A stretch of DNA of 64,000 nucleotides from Saccostrea echinata (GCF_033153115.1 NW_026889762.1:4898001-4962000); one strand, 5' to 3'; numbered from the stretch's first letter, positions 50,501 to 63,344 are shown. Translations and numbers: made by a program. The notes: generated from the letters alone by a model not told the origin.

Positions 50501-53500
50501 CTCTTTAAAAAATAAATATTTTGAAATAAATTACTGAAGCAAAATAGTTCATCTTCACACTCTTTAACTATATAACATGATATTGGCATCATATGTTACG
50601 CAATAAGGGGTCATTAGGGGCCAGTTTGCCGAATATTTGGAGCAATGTATCTCGAAAAAGAGGAATATTTTGATAAGCAATACTGAACAAAAGACAATCT
50701 AAATAATGTTCTTAACAATATGCAAGCTTTCAATTTTTGCTAAACGTCCCCTTATAGGACTTGAAGAGCTGGCCCCTTAATATTTCTTTTGCATATATCC
50801 CGGAAACGAAAAAGAATTTCTGAATAGTTGTTGAACAAAAAGTGTTCAAAATCATGAGAGCTTTAAGATGATAGCAAGAAAAAAGGAGCTGACCCCTCAT
50901 ATTAGGGAGCAAGACGGGCCAAAAGTCTTTCATCTATAATCTTTTAACGATCAATGTATCGTTATAAATTACTGAAGCAAAACTGTTAATCTAAACGATT
51001 TGCAACGATATATTATAAAATTGTGATCATATATTACGTAATTAGGGGCCATAAGGGGTCAAAATGCTATATATTTGACTCTTTATATCTCAAAAAGGGG
51101 AAATATTTTGATAAGCTATATTGAACAAAATATGTTTAGAATAATGGTCTTAACAATATGCTTCCCTTTGATTTTTGCAAAAAGGACTTAAAGAACTGGC
51201 CCCTAAATATTTCTGTTCGGCATATCTCGAAAAAGAAAAAAAATCTAAATGGTTGTTGAATCTGTTAAAATCACAAGAGCTTTCATTTGGTTTAAAGAAA
51301 ATGGGACTGACATATCAAATAAGGGTCTCAGAGGGGTCTACGACTTTAATCTGTAATTCTTCAACGATTAATATTTTGATATAAATTACTGAAGGAAAAA
51401 TGTTTAACGTAACAATATGCTGCAATATATTGTAAATGTTTGATCCTCTGTTGCGTAATTAGGGGCCATGAGGGGCCAAAATGCTAAATCTTTGATGCTA
51501 ATTTCTCAAAAAGGGAAAACATTTTGATAAGCAGTATTGAACAAAAGATGTTCAAAATTATGTCATATAAATCAACAGAATGGAATCTAAGGAGGGAAAT
51601 CTTTTTACCGTCATCTTTTAATGAAGATCTTGGTCATTATCAAATCTCATCTTATAGAAAATCGGACGGAAGACCTACTCGTTGCTCTTAATGAGATGTA
51701 ATCTAGTTATTGGGGGGGGGGGTGTTCTTACCGATTTTGTGCACGCGATTTCTCGAAAATGGCTCAATGGATTTCCATGAAATTTTCAGGACATAACTTG
51801 AACCTTATGAGTTGTTTCCCTTTTTGATGACGTCACTTCCAGTCCGGAGATATTGTCGATTTTATGATTTTTGAAGGGTCAGTTTGTCCGCAGATTTTCT
51901 CATAAAAGGCTCTAAATAGAAACATGAAACTTTCAGGTATGGTAAACCTATGTCTGTGGATATGCGTAAGGTATTTCGTTTTTATCGAAAATGCCGGACA
52001 TCGGCGCTCGCTATGGTCCGAAAAAAGGCATAGCGAAAATTTAAAACTTTTCAACACTTTTCTACAATATTTCTTTACTAAATAATTTGTTAAAACGCAA
52101 GAATAAAATTTTGTGCAAAACCACAAGATCTTTCATCCGATATCAACAAAAAGGTGCTGGCCCCTAAAATAAGGGATCTAGAGGGGCCAAAAGTTTTTCT
52201 TAGTAATTCAATAAGTATTGAAAATTTGTTATATACATAATGGAAGCAAAGTTATTCAAAATGTCAAGTGGCAGCTTGTAAAATTATCAATAATCGTCTA
52301 ATGACGTCACATCCGGTAAAACCGGAAGTAGTCAGGAAATGCACATTTTTGCAGTTTTCTACACTTTATTGGTTGAATTAACTCACCGGAAGCGTCCGAC
52401 CCAAAGTAGTCAGATAAGGCTTATTTTTCTAGGTATCGGCACGAAATTTAATCACTGAAGTCATTGGAGACTTCCTACCTTATTTTTCTTCGATCGACAT
52501 CGCTTCCAGTCAAACCGGAAGTAGTTACCAGTGGCTTCTTTTTACAAATATCTCCTTGCAATTGAGTGATAAAAGACATCTCACATCATTTTAAGTTGAA
52601 TGTTCTTCAGAACAGTGTTTTTATCATACTAATTTGCAATTTTGTCCTTCATTTCCTTCGCTGAATTGGACGGAAGACTTGCTTGTTGCTCCAGCAACGA
52701 GTTTTGCTCAAGTTATTATTGTTTTGTTTTTTCCTTACCGCTTTTGTGCACGCGATTTCTCGAAAACGGTTTGATTGATTTTTTGAAACTTTCAAGACTT
52801 ATGTAACATCACTTGAACCTTTTGATTTTTTTTTTCCGGTTTTGATGAGGTCACTTCCTGTCTGGAGATATCGTCGATTTAGTGATTTTTGTATGGTCAA
52901 TTTGTCCGCGGATTTTCTCATACACGCTTTTAGATAGAAACATGAATCTTTCATGAATAGTGGAGCTATATGTAGATATGCATAAAGTATTTAATTTTTA
53001 CTGTAAATGAGTCACGTTGGAGCTCGCTATGGTCCGAAAAAGGCATGTCGAAAATTCAAAAATTTTGAAAACTTATTGTAGAATATCTCTTTACATGTCA
53101 ATGATTTGTTTAAAGATATAGAAGAAAATTTGTGCAAAATCGCAAGATCTTTCATCTGATATTAACAAAAAGGGGCTGGCCCCTAAAATGAGGGATCTAG
53201 AGGGGCCGAAAGTTTTTTCTCAATATTTCAAAAACTATTGAGAATTTGTAATACATTAAAGAAGCAAAGTTACTTAGAATTTAAGTGGCAGCTGTTAGTT
53301 CATCAAAAATTGTCAAATTATGTTACTTCCTGTCAATCCGGAAAATGGCATATTTTTACAGGTGTCGACACTAGTTGGCGTGAGTGGTCATAAAAGGTTT
53401 TATTTGGGCAGATATCGGCACAAAATTGAAAAGATTTAAGTGACTGAAGATGTCCAACCTCATTTTACGTTAGTCGACGTAACTTACGGTCAAACCGAAA

Positions 53501-55079
53501 GTAGTCAAAAAATGCATAACTTTGGGTGATTAAAGTCACCGGAAGCGTCCAACCTCATTTCCAACGTCATTTCCAGTCAAACCGAAAGTAATTAGAAATG
53601 CATATTTTTCCAGGTATCTGCACGAAATTTAATGATTTAAGTCACTGGAGACGTCCAAGCATACATTTTATCGATCGGCGTCACTTCCGGTCAAATCGGA
53701 AGTATTTTCCAGTTTTTCTTTATAAATATCTCCTTGCAATGAAATTATCAAAGTCTCTAAATACGTCTCATATGCTTTTAATGTCAAATGCTCTGAAGAA
53801 CAGGTCTTTTACATACTAAATTGCTTTTTCGTCCTTAATTTTTCGCCGATTTGGACGGATGACCTGCTTGTTGCTTCAGCAACGAGCTTTGCTCTAGTTA
53901 TTATTATTGTTTTTTTTCTTACTGATTTTGAGCACGTGATTTCTCGAAAACGGCTCAATGGATTTTTTACGAAACTTTCAGGGCTTATGCTACATCACTT
54001 GAGCCTTATGCGTTTTTCCCCCTTTTGATGACGTCACTTCCAGTCCGGAGATATCGATTTAATGATTTTTCAAGGGTCGTTTTGTCCGCAGATTTTCTCG
54101 TAAACTGCTAAGATAGAAACATGAAAATTCCAGATATGATAGAGCTACAGGTATGTCTGTAGAGGAGCGTAAGGAGCGTAAGGTATTTCATTTTTACTGG
54201 AAATGCCGCACGTCGACGCTTGCTATAGCCCAAAAATAGTCATATCGAGAATTTCAGAATTTTTAAAACTTTTTCTACAATATCTCTTTAACAAATACAA
54301 CAAAAGTTGTGCAAAATGATAAAAGCTTTCATTTGATATCAAGAAAAAAAGGGCCGTCCCCTCAAATCAGGGACTCAGGCGAGCTAATTTTTTTCAACTA
54401 TAACTCTTTTACGATCAATATTCTGTCATAAATTACTGAAGCAAAATGTTCATCTTAATGATTTGCAACTATATATTATGAAATTTTGATCATATATTAC
54501 GTCAAAAGGGGCCGGAATGCTAAATAATTGAAGCTTTATATCTCGAAAAGGGTAAGTATCTTAATATGCAGTATTGAAAAATAGATGTTAAGAATAATGT
54601 TCTAAACAATATGAAAACCCTCTCAATGTTTGCAAAACGACCCTATTAAGGACTTGAATTAGGGCTGGCCTCTAAATATTTCTATTCTACATATCTCGAA
54701 AACGGAAAGAAACTTCTGAACAGTTTCAATTCGAAAAGTATTCAGAATCACCAGATTTTTTATTTGATATCAAGAAAAAGGGGCTGACCCCTCAAATAAG
54801 GGACTTAGAGGAGCCAAACATCTTTCATCTATAACTCTTTAACGATCAATATCTTGTTATAAATTACTGAAGCAAAAATTTTCATTTAAACGATTTGCAA
54901 CTTTATATTAAAAAAATTTTGATCATATATTACGTAATAAGAGGTCAAAAGGGACTGTTATGCTTAACCTTTAAATATTTCTATTCTACATATCTCGAAA
55001 ACAAAAAGAAATTTTTGAATGGTTGTTGAACAAAAAGTCTTTAAAAATATTAAGCCTTTCTTTTGATATTTCAATATTT

Positions 55080-55080
<1 letters not shown>
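47503..55080 (+). repeat. Helitron/Helentron-derived tandem array with ~430-bp satellite units and serial 3' termini
   Basis: Five ACGGAAGAC-(CTYGTTG..CAACGAG hairpin)-CTAG modules; recurring GAATTTCTGAATAGTTGTTGAACAAAAAGTGTTCAAAATCATGAGAGCTTT unit. Confidence 0.8.
49130..50135. mobile_element. ~1-kb non-autonomous TIR element inserted in a satellite unit
   Basis: TIR CGC(A/G)AGTATGTTAAGGC; CA on both flanks; satellite unit ATTCACATCGTATGTTACATAATTAGGG restored on removal. Confidence 0.75.

Positions 55081-55081
<1 letters not shown>

Positions 55082-55123
<42 letters not shown>
55082..55123 (+). repeat. (AT)n microsatellite
   Basis: About 21 AT units directly left of the Penelope remnant. 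Confidence 0.95.
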
Positions 55124-55129
<6 letters not shown>

Positions 55130-55157
55130 GAAATAAAAAAAAAATCACAAAATATTT

Positions 55158-55195
55158 AATGCGAGCGCTTTCGCCATTCAGGCTCTTCAGCCAGT
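55158..55195 (-). ncRNA. Minimal type I hammerhead ribozyme (stem I degenerate)
   Basis: Minus strand ACTGG CTGAAGA GCC-TGAAT-GGC GAA AGCGCT C GCATT. Confidence 0.7.
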
Positions 55196-55318
55196 TATTC
55201 AAATGTCAGGTAGGTTAGCTGGTAACGTCCAAAAGCAAAAGTTCATTGTGACGTCATATTAGATGAAGGTAGCGTAAAGTTGCCGTATTGCATAATGTAC
55301 AAATATTGCATTAACTTT

Positions 55319-55787
55319 AACAGGCACCCAATCTTAAAAAAAATGTTAACCAAGGCCCGTTTTACTACACAGGAGGAAATTCCAACCATTAAAAAATGCG
55401 GAGATCCAAGATGCGGAACGTGTACATATTTAGAAGAGGGAAATAGAATCCAACTTAAATAAATCAGGAATGGAAATTCGAACCAACTCACCAATGAACT
55501 GTAAATCCGAAAACGTTATCTACTGTGCAATCTGTCCGACGTGCAAAGAATTCTATGTTGGAAAAATGGGAAAACTAAATGCCCAGGTTCGTATACACAA
55601 ACAACAAATTAAAGTCCCTAGTGTGCGTAATACACCATGTTATGAACATTTTGCAAAATGTGGCAAAGGAATATTTAGGATTTTCCCTTTTTATAAACCT
55701 CCAAATGAAAACAAAAATCTGCGTTTGGCGAAAGAGGACTATTTTATTAAGCTCTTTAAACCAAATCTACATGTTAATCGCAAATGA
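55319..55787 (+). pseudogene. C-terminal Cys-rich linker plus GIY-YIG endonuclease of the Penelope-like element
   Basis: LKKMLTKARF..KKCGDPRCGTC; NCKSENVIYCAICPTCKEFYVG..H..EHF..E.YFI..FKPNL; frameshift from a TAAA duplication at 55456-55463. Confidence 0.88.
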
Positions 55788-55954
55788 TACTTTATTTTAT
55801 AACATATTGTAAGATTATATGTATATTATGTGTGAAAGTTAATGCAATATTTGTACATTATGCAATACGGCAACTTTACGCTACCTTGATCTATTGCGTC
55901 ACAATGAACTTTTGCTTTTGGACGTTACCAGGTAACCTACCTGACATTTGTATA

Positions 55955-55992
55955 ACTGCCTGAAGAGCCTGAAGGGCGAAAGCGCTTGCAGT
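55955..55992 (+). ncRNA. Minimal type I hammerhead ribozyme
   Basis: ACTGC CTGAAGA GCC-TGAAG-GGC GAA AGCGCT T GCAGT; stem I ACTGC/GCAGT, palindromic stem III. Confidence 0.85.
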
Positions 55993-56052
55993 AAATATTT
56001 TGTGATTTGTTTGGATTTTTATTTTTAATACACCCAATAAAACTGTATCAGT

Positions 56053-56188
56053 NNNNNNNNNNNNNNNNNNNNNNNNNNNNNNNNNNNNNNNNNNNNNNNN
56101 NNNNNNNNNNNNNNNNNNNNNNNNNNNNNNNNNNNNNNNNNNNNNNNNNNNNNNNNNNNNNNNNNNNNNNNNNNNNNNNNNNNNNNNN
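56053..56188. other. Assembly gap
   Basis: 136 N. Confidence 1.
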
Positions 56189-56189
56189 G

Positions 56190-56370
56190 GTGTGGATTAC
56201 TCTGTTTACCTGATCAATACAGAGGGCTCACAGCAGTTATGACCAGATGACAGGGGATGCTTCCTCCTCCTAGGCACCTGATCCCACTTCTGTTGTTTTC
56301 AGGGGTCCGCGTTTTTGTTCACAAATTGTATTTTTTACAGGATATATGAGAAGACACTCTTCATTATTTT
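56190..56370 (+). mobile_element. Penelope-like 3' UTR fragment
   Basis: GTTTACCTGATCAA..GGGCTCAC..ACAGGGGATGCTTCCTCCTCCTAGGCACCTGATCCCAC; related to 17160-17260. Confidence 0.65.
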
Positions 56371-57247
56371 CATATTTTTAACTGATATCCTATGCATGTA
56401 ACATATCATTTCAAAAGAAAACTTTGAATTCATGTCCAAAAAAGACTAGGCAGACAAGAATTCCAGTGTCTTTAATCTTTTGCACAATAGTCAAAGGTTA
56501 ACAAAGATAAATGCCCACTCTTCTCATTAAGTAAACAACCTTTTTTAAGGTTTGAATGTTGCAAAATATTGTCTTGACTTTTTCGTGAAATTGCTCCAAA
56601 AGAGAACAAGACTGTAATTCATGCACACACTGTGAAATTTTGTACTCAGTTTTTCACTGTGTAAATTACTTGCTTTGTTGAGCACCTATAATAAAAACCA
56701 ATTTGGAAAAACACTTCTAAAAAAGTGTATTTCAGGTCACAATTGCATTTGTCATAAATAAATCTAAAATGACATATATAAATACATGTATTATAACATA
56801 AAGATCATAAAACAGAACAACAAAGATACAGATAAAATGTATCTTTAATATCAAAGTTTAAGAAAGCATGCTACAAGACGGTACAACTGATGATAAAAAA
56901 GTCAAATGTAAATATTATCAAATTGGGATTAAGAAATAGAACAGCACTGAGACAGATAAAATCAAGATTGTGTCTTTTTAATATCAACGTTTTTAAAAGC
57001 AATTGGAAGAAGATGGTACAACTGATGATAAAAAAGTCATATGACTTGTTTTATCACCATTATTAAAGCACATTGCCACAGTTCCTTTCTCAGTTACCTT
57101 CAGAGATACAAAAGATTTAGCAGGTAAAAAAATTCTTTTTGTTTAACATACTCTTTTTTTTTTTACAGAGCATGTTATTTCAACATCTTTATAATCAAAT
57201 ATTCAATTACAATAATTAAATTTTACAGCATTTAAAGACTCTGAAAA

Positions 57248-58143
57248 ATGGACCTCAAACTTTGTGCCCAGGATATCATCAGGTGTGACCTCTGTAAAGA
57301 CACAGTTGTACAAATGTACTGTAACTTATGCTCCATGAAACTGTGTTTGGGTTGTGTTGGGAAGCACATTTTTGATACCTCTAAGAAACATGACGTATTG
57401 CCTTTTGATTTGAGAAGATCCAAACTTAAGCATCCTCAGTGTAAATCCCATTCTGAAGAGGACTGTGAAATGCAATGTGATGATTGCAACACTCCAGTAT
57501 GTGCCAAATGTGTTATTTCTAAGACACATGAGAAACATCATTTCAGAAGTCTACAAGATTCAATGAACAAGAAAGAAGACATTGAAAAGGAAAGAAAAAG
57601 ATTGCAAGAAACAGTTTACTCAAAAATCAAAGAAAAGGTTTCCAATATAGAAACCCAAATAGCTGAAATTGATGGAAAGTATGAAAAACTTGAGTCAGAG
57701 GTCACAAAACATGGAGAAGAATGGCACAGAGAAAATGAAACTGTCACACAGAAAAGCAAGGTAGAAATCAATGAGATGAGAAGCCAACGAAGGGATACTC
57801 TGAATAAACATTTACATGATATCAAAAAACTTGTTGCTGATGTGAAACAGTCTCTATCCGAAACTGAAGATATTTTACAATCAAGAAATTACCAGATCAC
57901 TTTCATATGAAATCATTTCAGAAGAATTCAGAAATCTTCCATCCATTAATTGAAAGTTGAGTTTCCAGTATGTACTCTAAAATATAGTCAAACTAAAGAC
58001 AATTTTTACATTTATCTGCTTCCTTATCACCATCATACATTACAGAAGAAGAACATGACTTCACAATGAAGACACCAGAAGCTGTATCCTGTCCTCCAGT
58101 CAAACCATTGCTTGGTGAACCAGAGCTCATCACCGCCATAGAC
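57248..58143 (+). pseudogene. RING-less B-box/B-box/coiled-coil TRIM-like gene, frameshifted and truncated
   Basis: B-box1 CDLC..YCNLCSMKLCLGCVGKH..H; B-box2 CKSH..CDDCNTPVCAKC..H..H; coiled coil; stop at 57910, then out-of-frame linker MKTPEAVSCPPVKPLLGEPELITAID; no beta-propeller follows. Confidence 0.8.
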
Positions 58144-61100
58144 TTCAAATACATGTAAACAATTTGTGCTTAAGATTTATTTTTTCCTGATTGCTAAATA
58201 AGTGATTTGATCAATACTATATTTACCGCAACGTTACGATTTACACCAATGAGACATATTTGCATTGTTATGATCAATAAAAAATGATGCTTTATTCCAA
58301 AATAATATTTCTATGCATTAATTTCTTACAATTAATAATAATAATAATGATAATACTTTATCTATTTTAAGAGGGTAACCCGATTAGTGCAAAGCACTAG
58401 TCTTCCTCGGGGCCCTCTATGCATGTATAGTACAAATATAAATACAACAGTACAATAATCAGAAAAATACAAGTATATGACATAGGTGAAATGCATTTGA
58501 GAAAAGTATATATCATTAAAACATAGAAACAAGTTACAAATTAAGAAATGTTGCGTCCATTGATGATAAATTTTTCTACATTTTTACGAAAGGATTGTGC
58601 AGTTGATGAAAAACGTACATGTAGTAGTAATATTTGTTCCAATTCATTATGAACAATTAAAATTTGTGATTTATCAAAATGCAGGATATAACATGCTGTT
58701 TTTAACCTCTACAGTCACTTTAATGACATAAATCAAGTTTATTCAGAAGTTTGCTTGCAGAAATTAATCGTGGAACAAGATCGATATAAAACTAAGGGTA
58801 TTGTTTGTTTGTTTGTTTTTTACCAAAGAACATGTTTTTCCTTCAAAGTTTGGTTTTCTTAGCATGAGCTATATTATTTAAGGTCAAGATCTAGTAAATG
58901 GAAGGTACCTACAGATTTCTCAAATTTGAGAAACGAGTTCTTTTAATGATCCTGTACAAATACAACTAGGTAAAATAAGGTGCATCGGGACATGAATTTA
59001 GGTAAACTCAACGAAAAAACATATTTTAAGCTGTCATTTTCAATGAAAAATGATGGAAGTCAGGAATAAATTTCAGAGATTTTTTCTTTCTCAGAAAAAG
59101 GAAATGTATCAATATTGCCCACAGTCCCTCATGAAACGGTTTTTCGTATCTTCCTGACCTCTACTTTAAAATGATATTAAATTAAATGTAGGTATCGGGG
59201 TTACTTTTGACATGATTTGAAATTGAATTCTATAAAAAGGCTTCATTATTATAGTTGTAAAGTACGGGAAAAAGTCAGTTTGAATTTATGATGACGTCAT
59301 AATGGATCTAGCATAAGAAAGACAGTCTTAATCATTTACTAAATCTTGACTTTAATGAGTGAGAAGGTGTGATGTTGGCAATAATAAGGGCTAATCCTCC
59401 ATATTGCATACTGCTCAAAAAACTACTACATAATTTTTGCAGAGTCAAAAGTTTTGATTCATATGGCAATTAAATCAGACCATTTCATACAGAGCATCCT
59501 TTCTTATCATCATCTTGTAAGATTGAATTCTAAATACAAGGATTTTTCCTGCTAAATTGTACTATACTTTCCGCATAATTAAAAAATAATGAATGCATTC
59601 TCTTGTAGTCCTTACTTTTTATTCAATAATGACTTTAAATTATACAGTATACAAATCTCAATCCAATATCTCATCATATATTAAAAAAGTTACGAAGAAA
59701 AAAGTTACGCACCTTTTGGTCACGCGGCGCAAGAAATACTTTCTTGGGCGATGTCCCAGAATTTCAGAATTTTTTTTTAAAGTTTTCCCCAGCATGCACA
59801 ATGCATTTTTGATGGCGATATGCCCATCCGTTAAACACATTATAAAACCAAACTGAATTTAAATTCCTGTAATATATGCCATCATAGCTACTTTAATACC
59901 ACGCCGATCCCGAAAAAAATTCGATGTCCTCTGCAAGTCAAAATCCACTGGACAGTGGTCTTATTGCAGCCGTTATTTTTCTTACGGTTTTGCGAAGATC
60001 AACGTCGATGACTTGTTGAAATAAGTTTTGTCTTTGTGTTGTGATCGCCCACGGGGTGCATAATTTCTAGCAGTCCCATTGGAAATATTTCATGCCAACA
60101 GTTTTATATTTTTCTGTGTTCTACATACTCTCAATATCGATAATGGCATTATTCCAGATTGAACAATTTTTTATGGCATTCATTTGCGATGTATCATCGT
60201 GAAATGTCAACTTTTTTTCATCTTTCTCAATAATAGGCTCTCCTATTATTTCATAAAAAGTGACGTCAGATATTTGACAATTTCAGATTTACCTAATAAT
60301 TCATTCTTTTCAAGTACATAAATATTTTTTCTGTAATTCAAAGAAATACCTGAATTTTGGTTCACTTTTGAAATCCATATCTTAAAAAAATATTACATTT
60401 TACGTCGTGTGCCACCTGGGCATACCGTGCATCATAGATATCTCATATTTTCTTTATTAGGGTTCTCATTGAACAAGTTATGGCCTCGACTTTTTAATTT
60501 AACCTTGATTTGATAAAAGAAAGAAGGTAATAAATTCAGTGCACTGCATCTCATTTAATACCTTGTTCACACAAATTCGCATTACATTTTTGATTTCAGT
60601 AAATTGATGTGAATTAAAATAATGCGAATTAAACTAATCCAAAATAATTATCGATCACACGACAGCTAATGCAAAGTAAATCATTGCGCAATAAAATTTT
60701 ATAACGTATCATGTCAATTGCAAAGAAGAAGGTACGTTATGTACCAAAATCGGCCCTGTCCCAAATCTGATGATTTTTCTTTTTTTTGTTTTTTGAAAAC
60801 ATGTCTAAGATGTCCTCTCCTAATTTAATTTATTTTTTTTTTATTATCGCAAACTTTTTTTCCTACAGAGCTTTCTAAATATGAATAGTTTCTTCAGAAA
60901 ATTACACTATGATGTTATGACGTCAAGCTGGCGTCGCTATGCAAAAACTTAAAAACCCTGAAGAGTAAAACAGGTATGGATATCCCATAGAAATCAAGAT
61001 TTGTTTTCCCCCTGCAACTATTATTACTTATTCCAAAGAAAAACTTAAAAAAACAAAAAAACCTTTTCCCTGTTTGATACATATATGATGTGCTAAGAGG

Positions 61101-61661
61101 ATTTCAGCATCCTCAAAGGTTTCAATTTAAGATACATGACTGATGTATTTTAAATTGACCTCAAGTTACTTATTATAAAAAAACTAGATGCTGTCATAAG
61201 ACAGTAATACCCGCACTAAGGTGTTTGCCTCTAAATGCACACCTCTTCAAACTGGGATAACTAAGGAAAAAACCAGAATAATTCTATAATTTATACAAAA
61301 CATGTATTTGTCAAATTGAGCATAAAATGCTCAGGTGACCATGTGACCCATGAGCCTCTCATACGCATTTCATATACATGTACTTCATTCATTACTAGTC
61401 TGAAATTACAGAATTCATTTAATGATGTAAATTATATAATTAGGTTTTGATAAAAAGGGGGGGGGGATAAATTTTTGGCCCAGAATTGGAACTTTTTACG
61501 TTTATTTTCTCAACATCAAATAACATTATTTTAGTGCAAAGCATTTTTGATGAACTTAGGTGCCAACTTTCAGTATTGAACAAATGGTGCAAACTTTTTC
61601 AGTACTTGGGTAGGCAAAAACCTGCTCAAAAAGCCACACACAATCAATTTTGTCACACACC

Positions 61662-61692
<31 letters not shown>

Positions 61693-62132
61693 AATTTGCC
61701 TGTTTTTTGGAAATAGGCATAGATAGCAATTAAAGTTATGTTAAAACATCGTTTGTAATGATAATTTAAAATTTGTCCTTGTACTGTACATGTGTACATT
61801 TTAAAATTTCTACATCACATTGGACTTGCGTCACCCTACTAGTACTAGTTTTACCATTATCTTTTGGATTGCACATGGTGTAGACATCGTTACATAGGCC
61901 TATGTCAGTAGGAATTAATTCATTGTGTGTTTTAATTGGATTATATTTCATGAAGTTGACAGTACCTATGACAGTCGGTAAGTACAAGTTTAGGTATAGA
62001 TTGTGGTAAAATAATCTGAAATGCAAATGGTTAGGTTAAAGTTAAAAAAGGATCAAAGATCACCGGATGCCATAACAGACGAATTTCACATTCTGAAGAG
62101 TTATCTCCCGTTGTCGACATTACATTCAGTTA

Positions 62133-62460
62133 CAGGCACAGATCCAGGAATTTTTTCCAGGGGGGGGGGGGGGGGGTTTCACACCTCAGTCAAAAAATTT
62201 CCAGCCCAGAATTTCCTGAGAAGCAAAACAAACAAACAAACAAACAAACAAACAAAAAACAAAAAGAAAAAAGAAAAGCAAACAAACAAAATAAAAACAA
62301 TGATGGTGGGGTCCATGTTTTTAAAGGGGGAGGGCGTCCAAAGTCATTTTTTATTTGCTTCTGTAAATCAGTATATAGTCCTTTTTAAATAACTCTGCAA
62401 ATTCCAGGGGGGTGGGAGTGGGGTGGGGTGGGGGGTCCAATCTCCCTAGCCGCTCCCTGT
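62133..62460. mobile_element. Decayed G-run-containing MITE (hAT-like CAGG..GATCCAG end)
   Basis: CAGGCACAGATCCAGGAATTTTTTCCAGGGGGG left end; right end degenerate. Confidence 0.4.
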
Positions 62461-63344
62461 CCTTGAAATGACAAATGATCATGTGACTCCAAAATAGTAG
62501 AAAACTTTTCCATTTGACTATACATAATTTTGTCTCTTGTGTTATTATGTTATGTACATCTAATGATTTAAGGTTATGAACCCCTGGAGGTCATCCCCAC
62601 TCTCTTAATGAACTGGAAATGTTCACAATATGACTACATCAAATTAAATAAAAGTGCATTAATGATAAGATTGCTTGACATTTCATTCATGAATTTGGGT
62701 CAACCCATGTACCCTCCTAGAATTAGGAATGAAAATCATTCAAAGAGATGGACTATTAAACTATTTGTATATATTCACATTTTTTCATGTCAAAACAGAG
62801 TATTAGTTTGCATACATGAACAAATAGGGGTCTGGGAAGGGGAAGGGGAAGGAGTTATTTGTTGAATTGTTGAAAACTCCTAAAATGAATGTTAACCTCA
62901 AATCTGACTTGTACGTCTTCATTATTTTTAAATGGTGGTGTCTCCACATGAGTGAAAAATTCCCAAGAGGGACATTTAACAACAAACAAACAAATGACTT
63001 GAAAAACACAATATACATGTACATGTTTATTAGTCAACAGATAATACTTCTGGTCATATCTCTAGGTCTCCCTTGAATCAGAAATGATGATATAAATATT
63101 TTAAGAATGATTAAGAATTGAAAAGGTTGTGCATCTTAAAATTGACTAAGCTCTGTGGTTGAATTAGCTATACCAGTTTAGCTTATTTTTCTACTCAAAG
63201 CACCTTGATTAACTAATTTTCTGAAATGTGCAGTTTTTTCAACATGGATACAAGTCATATATTTTCAGCTTCTGAAAACAATGCATGAAAAAAAAACTGC
63301 TTTTCAAATACTTTAACTCCTTCCAAGTACTTGTGATCATAAGT

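Larger units (their letters stand above)
55142..56008 (+). mobile_element. 5'-truncated Penelope-like element with inverted pseudo-LTR
   Basis: 55142-55318 is the reverse complement of 55835-56008; GIY-YIG remnant between the arms; a hammerhead in each arm. Confidence 0.9.

Noticed and set aside
47600-55080. Many 60-110 aa ORFs with shared peptides such as STTIQKFFFVS
   Set aside because: Translations of the satellite unit, not a gene family
58870-61150. Possible DNA-transposon fragments (TTAA-flanked ends, CpG-richer patch 59700-60060)
   Set aside because: Could not pair termini or find coding motifs
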